Assembly: GCA_950054485.1 (NCBI GenBank)
Contig: CATLPD010000007.1
Location: 12,262-76,261 of the forward strand
Direction: 5' to 3'
Origin: an uncultured Alphaproteobacteria bacterium
GTDB taxonomy: Bacteria > Pseudomonadota > Alphaproteobacteria > Micavibrionales > CSBR16-224
Length of the DNA: 64,000 nucleotides
Program-made: the position numbers and the translations under genes
Notes under the pieces: generated by a model
What the model saw: only the letters and a program-made list of their open reading frames with translations
Databases searched by the model: none
Told to the model about the DNA's origin: nothing
In this document: positions 35,360 to 45,137 of the stretch, one piece after another
How the letters are laid out: each line of letters opens with the position of its first letter
How positions within the stretch are numbered: the stretch's first letter is position 1

Positions 35360-38320
35360 ATGACGGGTAACTGCCTTGTATTGCTGTGCTCTTTATTATT
35401 TGCCTTTCTGGTATCTTCAGCATCACAAGCCACCGCGCAGGAGCGCGTTACACCGCAAATTCTAACGGCGCAAACACCCAAAGCTGTTCTTAATGAGTCT
35501 TTGAAGCTCTATAGCGATGTGTCCGAGACTGCCAGTTTTCAGGATATGGTTTCGCGCTATCGACGTTCGGAAGGTATAACGCCTGAAAAAGATCTCATTA
35601 CATTGCGCTCTGGGGAAAATGTGCATTGGCTTGTTTTCTCGCTGTTCAACCAGGACCGCTTTAACCAGCAATGGTTGCTATATCTGGGCGATCTGTTCAA
35701 CGGGACCATTGGACACATTAACCGCATTGAGGTCTATGATCTCGATGAAGGCGATGACGCCTATGTGATTGGCGGACGAAAATCATTCAACAAAATTCAG
35801 CAGCCGGCACAGCGAAAGAATACAATTCCACTGAACGTATCCGTCAGCGAACTGAAAATCTTTGCTGTTAAACTGATTGTTACGCCGGGTTCTACCATAA
35901 CCTTTAGCCCACAGGTACTAACCCATGGCGGATTTCAGGATGTAATGGAAACGGCGCACGGTCACGATTTCATTTTATTGCTGACGATGTCATTCCTGAT
36001 CATTCTTTGCCTTTTGTTCACGCGCCTTAATAATAACCCGCAAACCTATGTTCTGGCAGTTTACATTGCCATGTTCTTTGTCATGATCTTTACACGTGAC
36101 GAAATCGTTTCATTCGGTAATAACGCCTCTGTTATGATGGGGCCGGCAATATTATATGGCCTGATATCGTTCTTTATCTATTTTTCAGCATTGGTCGGGT
36201 TCGACAGCCGATACAAAGCGTTAAAAAAGATTACAGGCCTTATCTTTATTGGCTCTGTTATATTGGGTCTCTACATCAGTTTTTCGGCCAGCGCCGGCGC
36301 GCTCATGCAGAATGTCATTGTTTTTTGGATGCCTTATTTATGGCTTGCAGGCGGCTTGGTTTTAGCCACCGTTGTCTATCTGGATACGGATGATAAAAAA
36401 TCCGGCCTGTTGTTACTGGTCAGCGCCCTATTCCTATCCTTCAGTCAATTGATGTCCGTCTGGTTTATGCATGATGTTGCATTCTCTGCCCAGATATATG
36501 CCTTATTAATCATTATGCATCTGGGCAGTTATATCTTTTTCGTGCATGGCAAATTCATGCAAAAACGCGTTATCGAGAAAATGGAGATGGAGGCCGAGGA
36601 GCAAAAAGCCGAGCGTACATTGCGTCAAAAAGAGCGTCAGAAAGCCGCCGATCAGGAAAAACTGGTTAACATCCTGCAGCGCGAGCGCGAACTTTTGGGC
36701 GAACTTAAAGAACGTGAAGCCGAACGTGCCGAAGCGATGCGCCATGCCAAGATGGTAGCTGACGAGGCCAATCGCGCAAAATCTGCGTTTCTTGCCGTGA
36801 TCAGTCATGAAATCCGTACCCCGATGACAGGTATTATGGGGATGATCCGCTTGCTTTTGGATAGCGAGCTGAAAGGCGAGCAACGCGAATATGCGGAAAC
36901 AATCCAATATTCAGGCGATGCGCTGTTGGCTTTGTTGAATGACATTCTCGACTTCTCGAAAATCGAGGAAGGCCGAATGGATATTGAAAACGTCAACTTT
37001 GATATCCGCAAAATGATCGATAGCGTCGTTATGCTGATGACAGGCCGGGCGCGCGAACGCAAAATCGATTTATCCGCCGTTGTTGCCGACGATGTCCCAC
37101 AATACCTAAAGGGCGACCCGACACGTCTGCGTCAAGTACTATTGAACCTGATCGGGAATGCCATCAAGTTTACCGAAAAAGGCGGCGTCACAATTCACCT
37201 GAAGACCCGCCCCGGTGATGTCAATGAAAACCAAATTTACTTTGGCGTTCAGGATACCGGCATCGGTATTGATAAAGCCGCACAAAAAGAATTGTTTAAT
37301 CCGTTTTCTCAGGCGGATAAGACCATTTCACGTCGTTTTGGCGGTACAGGTCTGGGGCTTGCCATTTGTAAGCGCCTTGTGACGGCCATGGGCGGGGATA
37401 TAGAAATTGACAGCGCCCCTGGCAAAGGCAGTCTGTTCCATTTCACAATTCCAATGGAAACCGGCCAAAAGACAGAAGAAATGTATTATCATGAGAATTA
37501 CGAGCCTGACGAGACCCTGCGTATTCTTGTTGCCGATGATAACGAGATCAACCAGAAGGTTCTGATCGGTCTGTTGCAAAAAGACGGCCACGAAATTATC
37601 GCCGTCTCGAATGGGCTAGAAGCATTGCGTGCCGTGGAAAAACAAAAAATCAGCCTGGTTCTGATGGATATGGAGATGCCGGAAATGAACGGCATCGAGG
37701 CCACACGTAAAATACGCGGGCTGCAGGATAAAGCCAAAGCCAACATTCCGATTGTCGCCATGACCGCTAATGTTGTTCCCGAGGATATCGAACGTTGCCG
37801 CAAAGCCGGTATGAACGAATATGTCAGCAAACCGATCGATCCTGAAAAACTGCGCGCCGTGGTCGCAGCTGTTGCAGCAGGCGAAGGGTCATTCCAGCAA
37901 AAACGCCGCGCCTCGGACACCGTTAAAAGCGGCATTGATCCGAACGTTCACAGCGCGTCCGAAACCACACCGGTTCCTGATTTATTCGACAAAGAAATGC
38001 TGGGTACTTTAAAAGACAGCCTAGGTGTCGATGTCTTGGATGAAATGATGCAGGACCTCTACAATAAGGCAGACGAACTGATCGACGAAATCGAAAAGGC
38101 CTTTGCGGATGGAAATTATACCGACCTGCGTGCCCGCGCCCATGACCTGAAAGGCATGGCGTCAAACTTTGGCCTGACAGGCGTTAGCGAGCTGGCGGCC
38201 CCGATTGAATCCGGTGCGCGCGAGGAAAAGCCGCTGGCTGATCTGGAAAAGTCGGTTACAAAACTTCGCCCGACCTACAAGGCCCTGCGCAAGGACCTGA
38301 AAGACTGGTTCAAAGACTAA
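35360..38320 (+). CDS. Hybrid sensor histidine kinase (periplasmic sensor + ~7 TM + HisKA/HATPase + REC + HPt)
   Basis: H-box [16 protein letters not shown], an N box, G boxes ([14 protein letters not shown]), a receiver ([12 protein letters not shown]...[13 protein letters not shown]...KP) and a C-terminal HPt ([11 protein letters not shown]). The N-terminal layout resembles 7TMR-DISM receptors. The likely start is MTGNCLVLL. Confidence 0.85.
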   Translation: MTGNCLVLLCSLLFAFLVSSASQATAQERVTPQILTAQTPKAVLNESLKLYSDVSETASFQDMVSRYRRSEGITPEKDLITLRSGENVHWLVFSLFNQDRFNQQWLLYLGDLFNGTIGHINRIEVYDLDEGDDAYVIGGRKSFNKIQQPAQRKNTIPLNVSVSELKIFAVKLIVTPGSTITFSPQVLTHGGFQDVMETAHGHDFILLLTMSFLIILCLLFTRLNNNPQTYVLAVYIAMFFVMIFTRDEIVSFGNNASVMMGPAILYGLISFFIYFSALVGFDSRYKALKKITGLIFIGSVILGLYISFSASAGALMQNVIVFWMPYLWLAGGLVLATVVYLDTDDKKSGLLLLVSALFLSFSQLMSVWFMHDVAFSAQIYALLIIMHLGSYIFFVHGKFMQKRVIEKMEMEAEEQKAERTLRQKERQKAADQEKLVNILQRERELLGELKEREAERAEAMRHAKMVADEANRAKSAFLAVISHEIRTPMTGIMGMIRLLLDSELKGEQREYAETIQYSGDALLALLNDILDFSKIEEGRMDIENVNFDIRKMIDSVVMLMTGRARERKIDLSAVVADDVPQYLKGDPTRLRQVLLNLIGNAIKFTEKGGVTIHLKTRPGDVNENQIYFGVQDTGIGIDKAAQKELFNPFSQADKTISRRFGGTGLGLAICKRLVTAMGGDIEIDSAPGKGSLFHFTIPMETGQKTEEMYYHENYEPDETLRILVADDNEINQKVLIGLLQKDGHEIIAVSNGLEALRAVEKQKISLVLMDMEMPEMNGIEATRKIRGLQDKAKANIPIVAMTANVVPEDIERCRKAGMNEYVSKPIDPEKLRAVVAAVAAGEGSFQQKRRASDTVKSGIDPNVHSASETTPVPDLFDKEMLGTLKDSLGVDVLDEMMQDLYNKADELIDEIEKAFADGNYTDLRARAHDLKGMASNFGLTGVSELAAPIESGAREEKPLADLEKSVTKLRPTYKALRKDLKDWFKD

Positions 38321-38328
38321 CTCACTGA

Positions 38329-39996
38329 TTATTTTATTGAAATGATTTCCGCGCCCGGGAATGCATGTAGAATTGCGCTGACATTTTTGTCGCTCATCAA
38401 ATCATCTTTCAGGGCATCGTCTGCTTTTTTCTGCTGATCTGCTAAGGTCGCCTGTCCATCTTTATTTGAAACAGAAACAACCCAACGCTCGCCCGTCCAT
38501 TCGCTGAGGCGTTTGGTCAACGTCCCTGTCAGGGTTCGGTCCGCATTCGGGGTCAATCGAATTTCAATCAGGCCCTTGGCAAATTTGACCAGATGCACGT
38601 TATTTGTAATCTGCGCCGCCAACATCGGTTCGCGATTTGTGTGGCACAGGGCAACAACATCCTCCAGACTTGCAACGTCAGGGGCGGGCAACTGTTCTTC
38701 TTGCTGCTCAACCTCTGGGGCCGCTTGCACAGATGCGCCGCCATTCACAACCTTCATGACTGTCGCTCCGGCGCCATTGCCGGATTTTTCTGATTGCGAA
38801 GATACCGCGCCTGTTGGCTGCGTGTCAGCATCGTTTTTGATTTTCTTAACCAGATCACCCGGTGTCGGCAGATCCGCTGCAAACAACAACCTTACCAAAA
38901 CCATTTCCAATGCCTGCTGTGCGTTCGGTGCGTTTTGCACTTCGAACAGGCCCTTGTTTAAAATCTGCCAAGTGCGCGTCAAAACAGGCATCGATAGCTT
39001 TGCTGCCAGCTCTCCGCCCTGTTTGCGCTCGATTTCAGGCAGGCTCATATTTTCGGCATGGTTTGGAATAACTTTGCACTTGGTCAGAAAGTGCGTTACA
39101 TCGAGCAGGTCTTCTACAACCTGGACGGGGTCTGCACCTGTGTTATATAGTTTCTCGAGAAAGCCGAAAGCGTCATCACTATTGCCAGACATCACAGCTG
39201 TATAGAGATCAAACAGGATTGCGCGGTCAACCAGACCCAACATATCAGATACGGTCTGCGCCAATATCTTGCCTTCAGACAGGGCAATGGCCTGATCCAA
39301 TAAACTAAGGCCGTCACGCGCGGAGCCGTCGGCTGCGCGGGCAATCTGACCAATGGCCTCTTCTTCGAAATCGATGCCTTCTTTGCCCATCAGTTCTTTA
39401 AAGAACGGAATCAAAACATCCAGACCAATACGACGCAAGTCGAAACGCTGACAGCGCGACAAAACGGTAATCGGAACCTTGCGGATTTCGGTCGTTGCAA
39501 AGACAAACTTTACATGTTCGGGCGGTTCTTCCAGCGTTTTCAAAAGGGCGTTAAAGGCCTGTTTCGACAGCATGTGGACTTCATCAATGATGTAAATCTT
39601 ATATCGGGCAGAGCTGGGCGCATATTGAACAGAGTCAATAATTTCACGCACATCATCCACACCTGTACGCGATGCCGCATCCATTTCCAACACATCAACG
39701 TTACGGTCCTGTGCAATGGAGACACATTGTTCGCATTCGCCGCATGGCGTTGCGGTCGGCCCGCCGTTCCCATCGGGCCCGATACAGTTCAAGGCGCGGG
39801 CAATGATGCGCGCGGTCGTTGTTTTACCGACACCACGCACACCGGTCAGCATAAAGGCATGGGCCACACGGCCAGAATTGATCGCATTGGTCAGCGTGCG
39901 CACCAGCGCATCTTGCCCTTTTAATTCCGAGAAATTTTGTGGACGGTATTTACGCGCTAGAACCAGATATTCATCTTTTTTGGTGTCTTGCGCCAT
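38329..39996 (-). CDS. dnaX: DNA polymerase III subunit gamma/tau
   Basis: Carries ARKYRPQNFSELKGQDALV, HAFMLTGVRGVGKTTTARI, a Zn module CGECEQC, IYIIDEVHMLS and SRCQRFDL. The likely start is MAQDTKK, preceded by AGGGGA. Confidence 0.93.
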   Translation of the reverse strand: MAQDTKKDEYLVLARKYRPQNFSELKGQDALVRTLTNAINSGRVAHAFMLTGVRGVGKTTTARIIARALNCIGPDGNGGPTATPCGECEQCVSIAQDRNVDVLEMDAASRTGVDDVREIIDSVQYAPSSARYKIYIIDEVHMLSKQAFNALLKTLEEPPEHVKFVFATTEIRKVPITVLSRCQRFDLRRIGLDVLIPFFKELMGKEGIDFEEEAIGQIARAADGSARDGLSLLDQAIALSEGKILAQTVSDMLGLVDRAILFDLYTAVMSGNSDDAFGFLEKLYNTGADPVQVVEDLLDVTHFLTKCKVIPNHAENMSLPEIERKQGGELAAKLSMPVLTRTWQILNKGLFEVQNAPNAQQALEMVLVRLLFAADLPTPGDLVKKIKNDADTQPTGAVSSQSEKSGNGAGATVMKVVNGGASVQAAPEVEQQEEQLPAPDVASLEDVVALCHTNREPMLAAQITNNVHLVKFAKGLIEIRLTPNADRTLTGTLTKRLSEWTGERWVVSVSNKDGQATLADQQKKADDALKDDLMSDKNVSAILHAFPGAEIISIK

Positions 39997-40078
39997 TTTG
40001 ATGTCCCCTAAAATGATTGAGTAATAATCAGCCACAAATCCCGAGCGTAGCGACGACGTATTTGTGAAGATTAAAAGT

Positions 40079-40169
40079 GGAAAGTGACACGACCCGAATC
40101 AAAAACTCGTTACGGCTGCTTCCTTTCGGACCTGACCGGGTTCGCGAGACGATCGCCCGCGCACTTTCC
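40079..40169 (-). ncRNA. ffs: Signal recognition particle RNA (small 4.5S-type)
   Basis: The minus strand reads GGAAAGTG...CCCGGTCAGGTCCGAAAGGAAGCAGCCGTAACG...CACTTTCC. The conserved domain IV motif CAGGUCCG-AAGGAAGCAGCC is present and the termini pair. It sits in the classic position upstream of dnaX. Confidence 0.85.
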
Positions 40170-40238
40170 ATGGATAATATGGGTGGATTCGTGCGGAATA
40201 TCAAGTATAAATAGATAAACAGACATATGGAGGACATT

Positions 40239-41012
40239 ATGCTCGCGCTATTATCACCGGCAAAAAAACTGGATATGGAGGCAAAAGCCAAAACGACGGA
40301 CTTTACACAGCCCCTGTTTCAGGACGACACCAAGGTTCTGGCCCGCCAATTAAAGGCGATGCCGCAACAGGAAATAGGTGATTTGATGAAGCTGAGCGAT
40401 AAACTGGCCGAATTGAACCATGATCGTTATCAGGAATTTTCCTTTCCCTTTTCAAATGACAATGCCAAACAAGCGGTCTATGCCTTTCAGGGGGATACAT
40501 ACGTCGGGCTGGATGCCGATACGATTGACAGCAAAGACATTTCATACCTGCAAGATCATGTCCGCATTTTGTCAGGCCTATACGGGCTGTTGCGCCCGCT
40601 GGACCTGATGCAGGCCTATCGCCTTGAAATGGGCACCAAGCTGGAAAATGAAAAAGGCAAAAACCTTTATGATTTCTGGGGGGAAAAGCTGACCAATTGC
40701 CTGAACGAAGACATTAAATCACACAAGAACAAAGTCTTTGTTAATCTGGCATCGAACGAATATATCAGCGCCGTTGACCCGAAAAAACTGGATGGCGATA
40801 TGATCACCCCGCAGTTCAAGGAAATGAAAGACGGCAAACCCAAAATGATCGGCCTTTTCGCCAAACGCGCCCGCGGCATGATGGCCCGCTTTATGGTTGA
40901 AAATAAAATCGAAAAGCCCGAAGACTTGAAAGACTTTAACATGGATGGCTATCAGTTTCAGACCAAAGCCTCAAACGAACGCGAATACGTGTTTTTGCGC
41001 GATCGAAATTAA
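40239..41012 (+). CDS. yaaA: Peroxide stress protein YaaA (UPF0246/DUF328)
   Basis: The N-terminus is MLALLSPAKKLD, with YQGDTY-like AFQGDTYVGLD and RILSGLYGLLRPLD. GGAGGA lies 4 nt upstream of this ATG. Confidence 0.85.
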   Translation: MLALLSPAKKLDMEAKAKTTDFTQPLFQDDTKVLARQLKAMPQQEIGDLMKLSDKLAELNHDRYQEFSFPFSNDNAKQAVYAFQGDTYVGLDADTIDSKDISYLQDHVRILSGLYGLLRPLDLMQAYRLEMGTKLENEKGKNLYDFWGEKLTNCLNEDIKSHKNKVFVNLASNEYISAVDPKKLDGDMITPQFKEMKDGKPKMIGLFAKRARGMMARFMVENKIEKPEDLKDFNMDGYQFQTKASNEREYVFLRDRN

Positions 41013-41065
41013 AGTTGATCTAGGGCGTTAAATCTTATATTTATTTTGTATTACCCACATAATAT

Positions 41066-41116
41066 GCCGGAGTAGCTCAGGGGTAGAGCAGTGCTTTCGT
41101 AAAGCGAGGGTCGCAC
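41066..41116 (+). pseudogene. Truncated tRNA-Thr 5' fragment
   Basis: The first 40 nt (GCCGGAGTAGCTCAGGGGTAGAGCAGTGCTTTCGTAAAGC) are identical to the complete tRNA-Thr at 41200. Similarity decays through GAGGGTCGCAC, and there is no T-arm or acceptor 3' strand. Confidence 0.8.
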
Positions 41117-41163
41117 AAAAAAGGCTTTGGAATATGAAGGGGTTACGATCTTGCCCCTGCCCG

Positions 41164-41182
41164 TAATAAGGCTATAATAAGG
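41164..41182 (+). repeat. 19-mer TAATAAGGCTATAATAAGG (two TAATAAGG 8-mers, 11-bp period), left copy
   Basis: Identical to 48187-48205. The flanks are also loosely similar (GGGG...CCCC...). Confidence 0.85.
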
Positions 41183-41199
41183 TCGAACATGATTTTAGT

Positions 41200-41274
41200 G
41201 CCGGAGTAGCTCAGGGGTAGAGCAGTGCTTTCGTAAAGCAAAGGCCGGGTGTTCAAATCACCTCTCCGGCACCA
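41200..41274 (+). tRNA. tRNA-Thr (anticodon CGU)
   Basis: 75-nt cloverleaf: acceptor GCCGGAG/CTCCGGC, D-arm GCTC/GAGC, anticodon stem GTGCT/AGCAA with loop TTCGTAA, T-arm GGGTG-TTCAAAT-CACCT, encoded CCA. Confidence 0.9.
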
Positions 41275-41277
41275 TTT

Positions 41278-41832
41278 TTATAGCGCGGGAATTAAATACT
41301 TATCTTGGCGTGTACCATTTTTTCCTAGGTTTATCAGCTGCCCATTGCCTATTGTGAAGGTTTCTCCAACACCATACTCTACCCCATCCTGTTCTTGGAA
41401 GCTTATATAGTCGATGGACATTTTCAGAGCTGTTTCCTGTGTACTGGGTGACAAATAATTATTAATAAGTATTCTACCTTGAAAAATTTGCACAACTGCC
41501 CCTCTAGGCAAATCAGTAGAAAGTTCGACTTTTATCTGGCCATTAGCAATCGGGGATAAGTAACGCTCTCTGCTTTCTTCACAATCTTCTAAAAACTCGT
41601 TATGATATTGTCCATGAGGATAGTAAATGGGTATTCCATAGCTGCAACGCCCATTAATAGAATATATTATTTGAGTTAAACGAGGCTGATCACCATAAGT
41701 TTGCGAGATATCATTTAGGTTTTCTCTTATTTCTGCAGCTTCTTCATCGTACGCCCCCTTATCTACACACCCCGTGGCGAGTAATGATGCGGCAACTACT
41801 AACGTAGATTTTTTCCAAATTTTTTTTAACAT
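41278..41832 (-). CDS. Hypothetical lipoprotein (island cargo)
   Basis: The likely start is MLKKIWKKSTLVVAASLLATGC (lipobox). I recognise no domain. The stop codon is 3 nt from the tRNA-Thr end. Confidence 0.5.
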   Translation of the reverse strand: MLKKIWKKSTLVVAASLLATGCVDKGAYDEEAAEIRENLNDISQTYGDQPRLTQIIYSINGRCSYGIPIYYPHGQYHNEFLEDCEESRERYLSPIANGQIKVELSTDLPRGAVVQIFQGRILINNYLSPSTQETALKMSIDYISFQEQDGVEYGVGETFTIGNGQLINLGKNGTRQDKYLIPAL

Positions 41833-42139
41833 TATTAATTCTCCATTATAAAAAAGCTCTAGCATTATGCAATATAACGCGCCAATGATTCTGTCAAGTG
41901 GAAATATGTAAAAAACCGTTCGTGTTTTAAATTTTCCTTTGTAATTTTACCATCCCCATTTATGGTTAAGGCGGATCAGCAATTGCTGGTCTGGGGCTTA
42001 GTAACCCCTTTACTGGCGGCATTCTAGACACTGCCGTTATATGTGTTGCCTCTCAGCTTAATGGCTGGGTGGTGATGTCATGTTCAGGCGTAAGCTAAAA
42101 GCATCGCGCCGTTTCCAGTAAGCGGTTACTAACACCCAG

Positions 42140-42169
42140 CCACCAAGAGCAATCTTGGTGGTTTATTTA
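42140..42169 (+). terminator. Rho-independent terminator closing a structured non-coding region
   Basis: Perfect 9-bp stem CCACCAAGA-GCAA-TCTTGGTGG followed by TTTATTTA. It lies 23 nt upstream of the 42193 start codon. Confidence 0.7.
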
Positions 42170-42192
42170 TAACCGCATAGAAAGGCTAGAAC

Positions 42193-42591
42193 ATGAAGGT
42201 CCATCCAACCATAGAACTTATTTTTGTACGAACACTTTTAATCGGCATGTTCGTGGTATTCCCAATATTTTTGATCTGGGGGATATGGAATATTTTTTCG
42301 CACGAAATATCAAACAACGACAATAGTTATCAGGTGCAACAGGCAGTATGGATAGAACAAGGGAAAGATGCTGTTAAGACACGGCTAAAAGCCCCCTCCT
42401 CCGCAGAATTTAGAAATGTTTTCTTTAGCCAGAAGAGCGGAACACCTGTAACATGCGGCGAAGTTAATTCGAAGAATAGCTTAGGCGGGTATGCTGGATA
42501 TAAAGCTTTTGTTTCTGATGGCGGAAGCCGTACATTTCTCGCAGACGACGTAGACAATTTTGCCGAAGTTTGGTCAGAGCTGTGCCAATAA
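42193..42591 (+). CDS. Membrane-anchored hypothetical protein (island cargo)
   Basis: 132 aa. N-terminal TM segment (LLIGMFVVFPIFLIWGIW), then AVKTRLKAPSSAEFRNV...VTCGEVNSKNSLGGYAGYKAF. I recall seeing this motif in small proteins encoded by prophages and genomic islands. Confidence 0.5.
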   Translation: MKVHPTIELIFVRTLLIGMFVVFPIFLIWGIWNIFSHEISNNDNSYQVQQAVWIEQGKDAVKTRLKAPSSAEFRNVFFSQKSGTPVTCGEVNSKNSLGGYAGYKAFVSDGGSRTFLADDVDNFAEVWSELCQ

Positions 42592-42743
42592 CAAGGGCAC
42601 ATACTTGCCACCCTACATGTGCGCGAGAGGATAACAACAGAAAGAAATGCGAGGATGCGTAGAGATGCGTTTTTTATCCTTAAGGACAGAATGGGCTGTT
42701 AAGAACCATTTTACAGGCACCTTTGCCTCGCTCTGTCCGTTTT

Positions 42744-42912
42744 CCGGATGTTTTTATCCGGAAATTGATCGGGAAGATATATCCTTCCGAGGGTAAACAA
42801 TAAAACCGGATACCCGGATACACCGGATAATATATTACAAAAGGCAAAGTTTATGTTTATAGCTCTGCATTTTATAAAGTATAAAAATAAGCGGTGCATA
42901 CGGTTTATCCGG
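42744..42912. repeat. Iteron-like cluster of CCGGAT(A/G) motifs (candidate replication origin or primase-helicase binding region)
   Basis: Inverted pair CCGGAT-GTTTTT-ATCCGG at 42744-42761. Three tandem direct copies CCGGATA lie at 42806, 42814 and 42823, and an inverted copy TATCCGG at 42906-42912. The cluster is in the AT-rich non-coding stretch just downstream of the primase-helicase stop (42946). Confidence 0.55.
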
Positions 42913-42945
42913 TTTTTTAAAGCAGGCAAAGAGATACAGCACACC

Positions 42946-45123
42946 TTATTCGTCTTCCCATCCGGCGTTCCGGTTTGGATAATCCAAAGCCCATCCATTA
43001 TTATTCGGCCATTCAACCTCAAAACATTTTTCATCCCATGTTTTTCTGGCCCGTCCTAGTTCGGTAGCTTGCCAACCACGCGGGCGGGGACCATCCCACT
43101 TCCTCAGCCCCATCTGACTAAAGTAATCGCCTACTTTTTTAACACTTAAACCGAGGTCTTTAGCCACTTTACTTGTTTCAATTATTGGGGTCGGCTGGTA
43201 ACGGTCAGTTGGAATCTCGCCCTCCCATAAACAATCAAACCAGTACTTTTCCAGTTTTGATAGGCTTTCTATCCGCTGATCCGCCAAGGCTTGGTTTTGC
43301 GGAATATCCTTCCGTGGGTGCCAGCCTTTTAAGTCTAGGTTTAAAAAGAAGTAAAGCATTGCGGATGCACCCCCGTCCTGCATTTCTTTTTGTATGGCTG
43401 CAAACCACTTTTCGTTTTGCATTTTAGATGAGCAAACATCAAAAACAGCAAAACGCCTTTCATCGACCGATGCCGGTACGACCCAATCAGAATTCGACGA
43501 CATTACAACATGTAATGTATTACGGACTTGTATAACATCATAGCCTTTTGGCTCAATCGCCAGCGTCGGCTCTGTTAGCATCCCCTTTAATACGTTCTCT
43601 GCGGCCTTGTCGTTTGGTGCTATCGCCTCATCAGCATATAACAGCACACAATCACGCAGGTGGGCATTAAAGTTTCCCGTTATATGTTTAGGACTAAATA
43701 CCTGTAAACCATGATGGCCAAATAGGTTTTTGTACCAACCACATACCGTGCCCTTACCAGTACCCTTTGCTCCGCGAAATACAAGAGCAACTCCGGCAGG
43801 CTGATCTAGGTTCTGTACCGTCCAAGCAAGCCACTTCATAATGTATTTAAAAGCTTTTGGATCTTTTTTCGCCAAAACCAACCATATGTGTTTTCGCATT
43901 CGTTTCCATCTACCTTTGCTTGGTTTATAAGCAAAGCCCTGCCAAAGATTATAGCACTTGTCTCGCACAGTCTCACCGGGAGCAAAAACGATACGCTCGA
44001 ACTCGCGCCTTCCCGGGCTTTTAAACCAATGCTTGCCAAGCTCTTCTACCTTGTCTTTTCCAGCGGTTGTACTGATACGAACCCTTTTGTTGGCAAAGAA
44101 TTGTTTAAATTCGCTTGGAGATTGTAAACGCAGTACTCGTTTCTTTTGACCATTGCCGATATCATCTTCTTCGAAAAATGCCACACGGCATTTGCCACCT
44201 TCATTCCCAACCACGAAGAAATCTCGATTTAATTGTGCCACCGCTATATCCGGCACATCACTATATCCAGTATCCATATTTATCATGTTGCCGTATAACC
44301 ATTTATGCAAGGTCGGCTGCAAATCGATTATTCCAAGAAGTTCGCATAACTTGGGTAGCCCCATAACATCTTCGCCTTCATTCAACCTCTCTTGCGTACC
44401 CTTCGCCTTCAAACGCATATCGACCTCTTCGTCACCTTTCTTCTCTGCAATATATGCAATCAGATTATCGGTTGTTTCGACATTAAGGCCGGCACGAAGA
44501 AGCATTCCAGCCATAGCGAGCGCAATATTATCTCTCTGCCCCGCTGTTTCTGGGTAAAGCCTAAGGACTATAGATAGAGCCGCACAGATACCGACTTTGT
44601 GAAGAACATCACTCCACCCCACAACCGGAAATTCCAGTCTATAGCTTGACCATTCTATCAGCTCACCACTTGGGTGTATGGATGGCGGGATCATTGTATA
44701 GCCACCAGAAGACCTTAGCTCGATTATCATATGTTTATCACCATCAGACAAACCAAGTATTTCTGCTTCCTTTGGCTTTAAACCAAACTGTTTTGTTTTC
44801 TCGGCATCATTGCACATAGCCATCCTATGGCCATTTAATGCCGACATGCGTCCAAAACTGGGCCAATCTGCAAACAGGATACTGCCGATCTCTGCAGCTT
44901 CTCTACAATCGAAGTCCAAATCAATTAGCCCTGCGCTGGCATCACCTAAAGCAACTGCAATGTTTTCTTCGTTTGCGAAATGTTTCGATAGGTTTTCGGC
45001 GTTGGTTTTATTGTCTTTCCATTTAAAACCTTTAGCTGGTATTTTGTTTTTTGGCTGCAAAGGGAAAACGTGCCAGCCTTTTTCCACATACTCTTTTGCG
45101 CTATTTACCATGTTATCAGTCAT
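42946..45123 (-). CDS. Primase-helicase (bifunctional Prim-Pol N-terminal domain + P4/D5-type SF3 helicase)
   Basis: The N-terminus KGWHVFPLQPKNKIPAKGFKWKD is Prim-Pol-like. Walker A VFRGAKGTGKGT and Walker B VLLYADEA are present. The likely start is MTDNMVNS (the ORF track extends to 45165). Confidence 0.8.
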   Translation of the reverse strand: MTDNMVNSAKEYVEKGWHVFPLQPKNKIPAKGFKWKDNKTNAENLSKHFANEENIAVALGDASAGLIDLDFDCREAAEIGSILFADWPSFGRMSALNGHRMAMCNDAEKTKQFGLKPKEAEILGLSDGDKHMIIELRSSGGYTMIPPSIHPSGELIEWSSYRLEFPVVGWSDVLHKVGICAALSIVLRLYPETAGQRDNIALAMAGMLLRAGLNVETTDNLIAYIAEKKGDEEVDMRLKAKGTQERLNEGEDVMGLPKLCELLGIIDLQPTLHKWLYGNMINMDTGYSDVPDIAVAQLNRDFFVVGNEGGKCRVAFFEEDDIGNGQKKRVLRLQSPSEFKQFFANKRVRISTTAGKDKVEELGKHWFKSPGRREFERIVFAPGETVRDKCYNLWQGFAYKPSKGRWKRMRKHIWLVLAKKDPKAFKYIMKWLAWTVQNLDQPAGVALVFRGAKGTGKGTVCGWYKNLFGHHGLQVFSPKHITGNFNAHLRDCVLLYADEAIAPNDKAAENVLKGMLTEPTLAIEPKGYDVIQVRNTLHVVMSSNSDWVVPASVDERRFAVFDVCSSKMQNEKWFAAIQKEMQDGGASAMLYFFLNLDLKGWHPRKDIPQNQALADQRIESLSKLEKYWFDCLWEGEIPTDRYQPTPIIETSKVAKDLGLSVKKVGDYFSQMGLRKWDGPRPRGWQATELGRARKTWDEKCFEVEWPNNNGWALDYPNRNAGWEDE

Positions 45124-45137
45124 TATTTTTCTCCTTA

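Noticed and set aside
38513-39205. 230-aa plus-strand ORF inside dnaX.
   Set aside because: It is a shadow ORF antisense to dnaX with no recognisable motifs.
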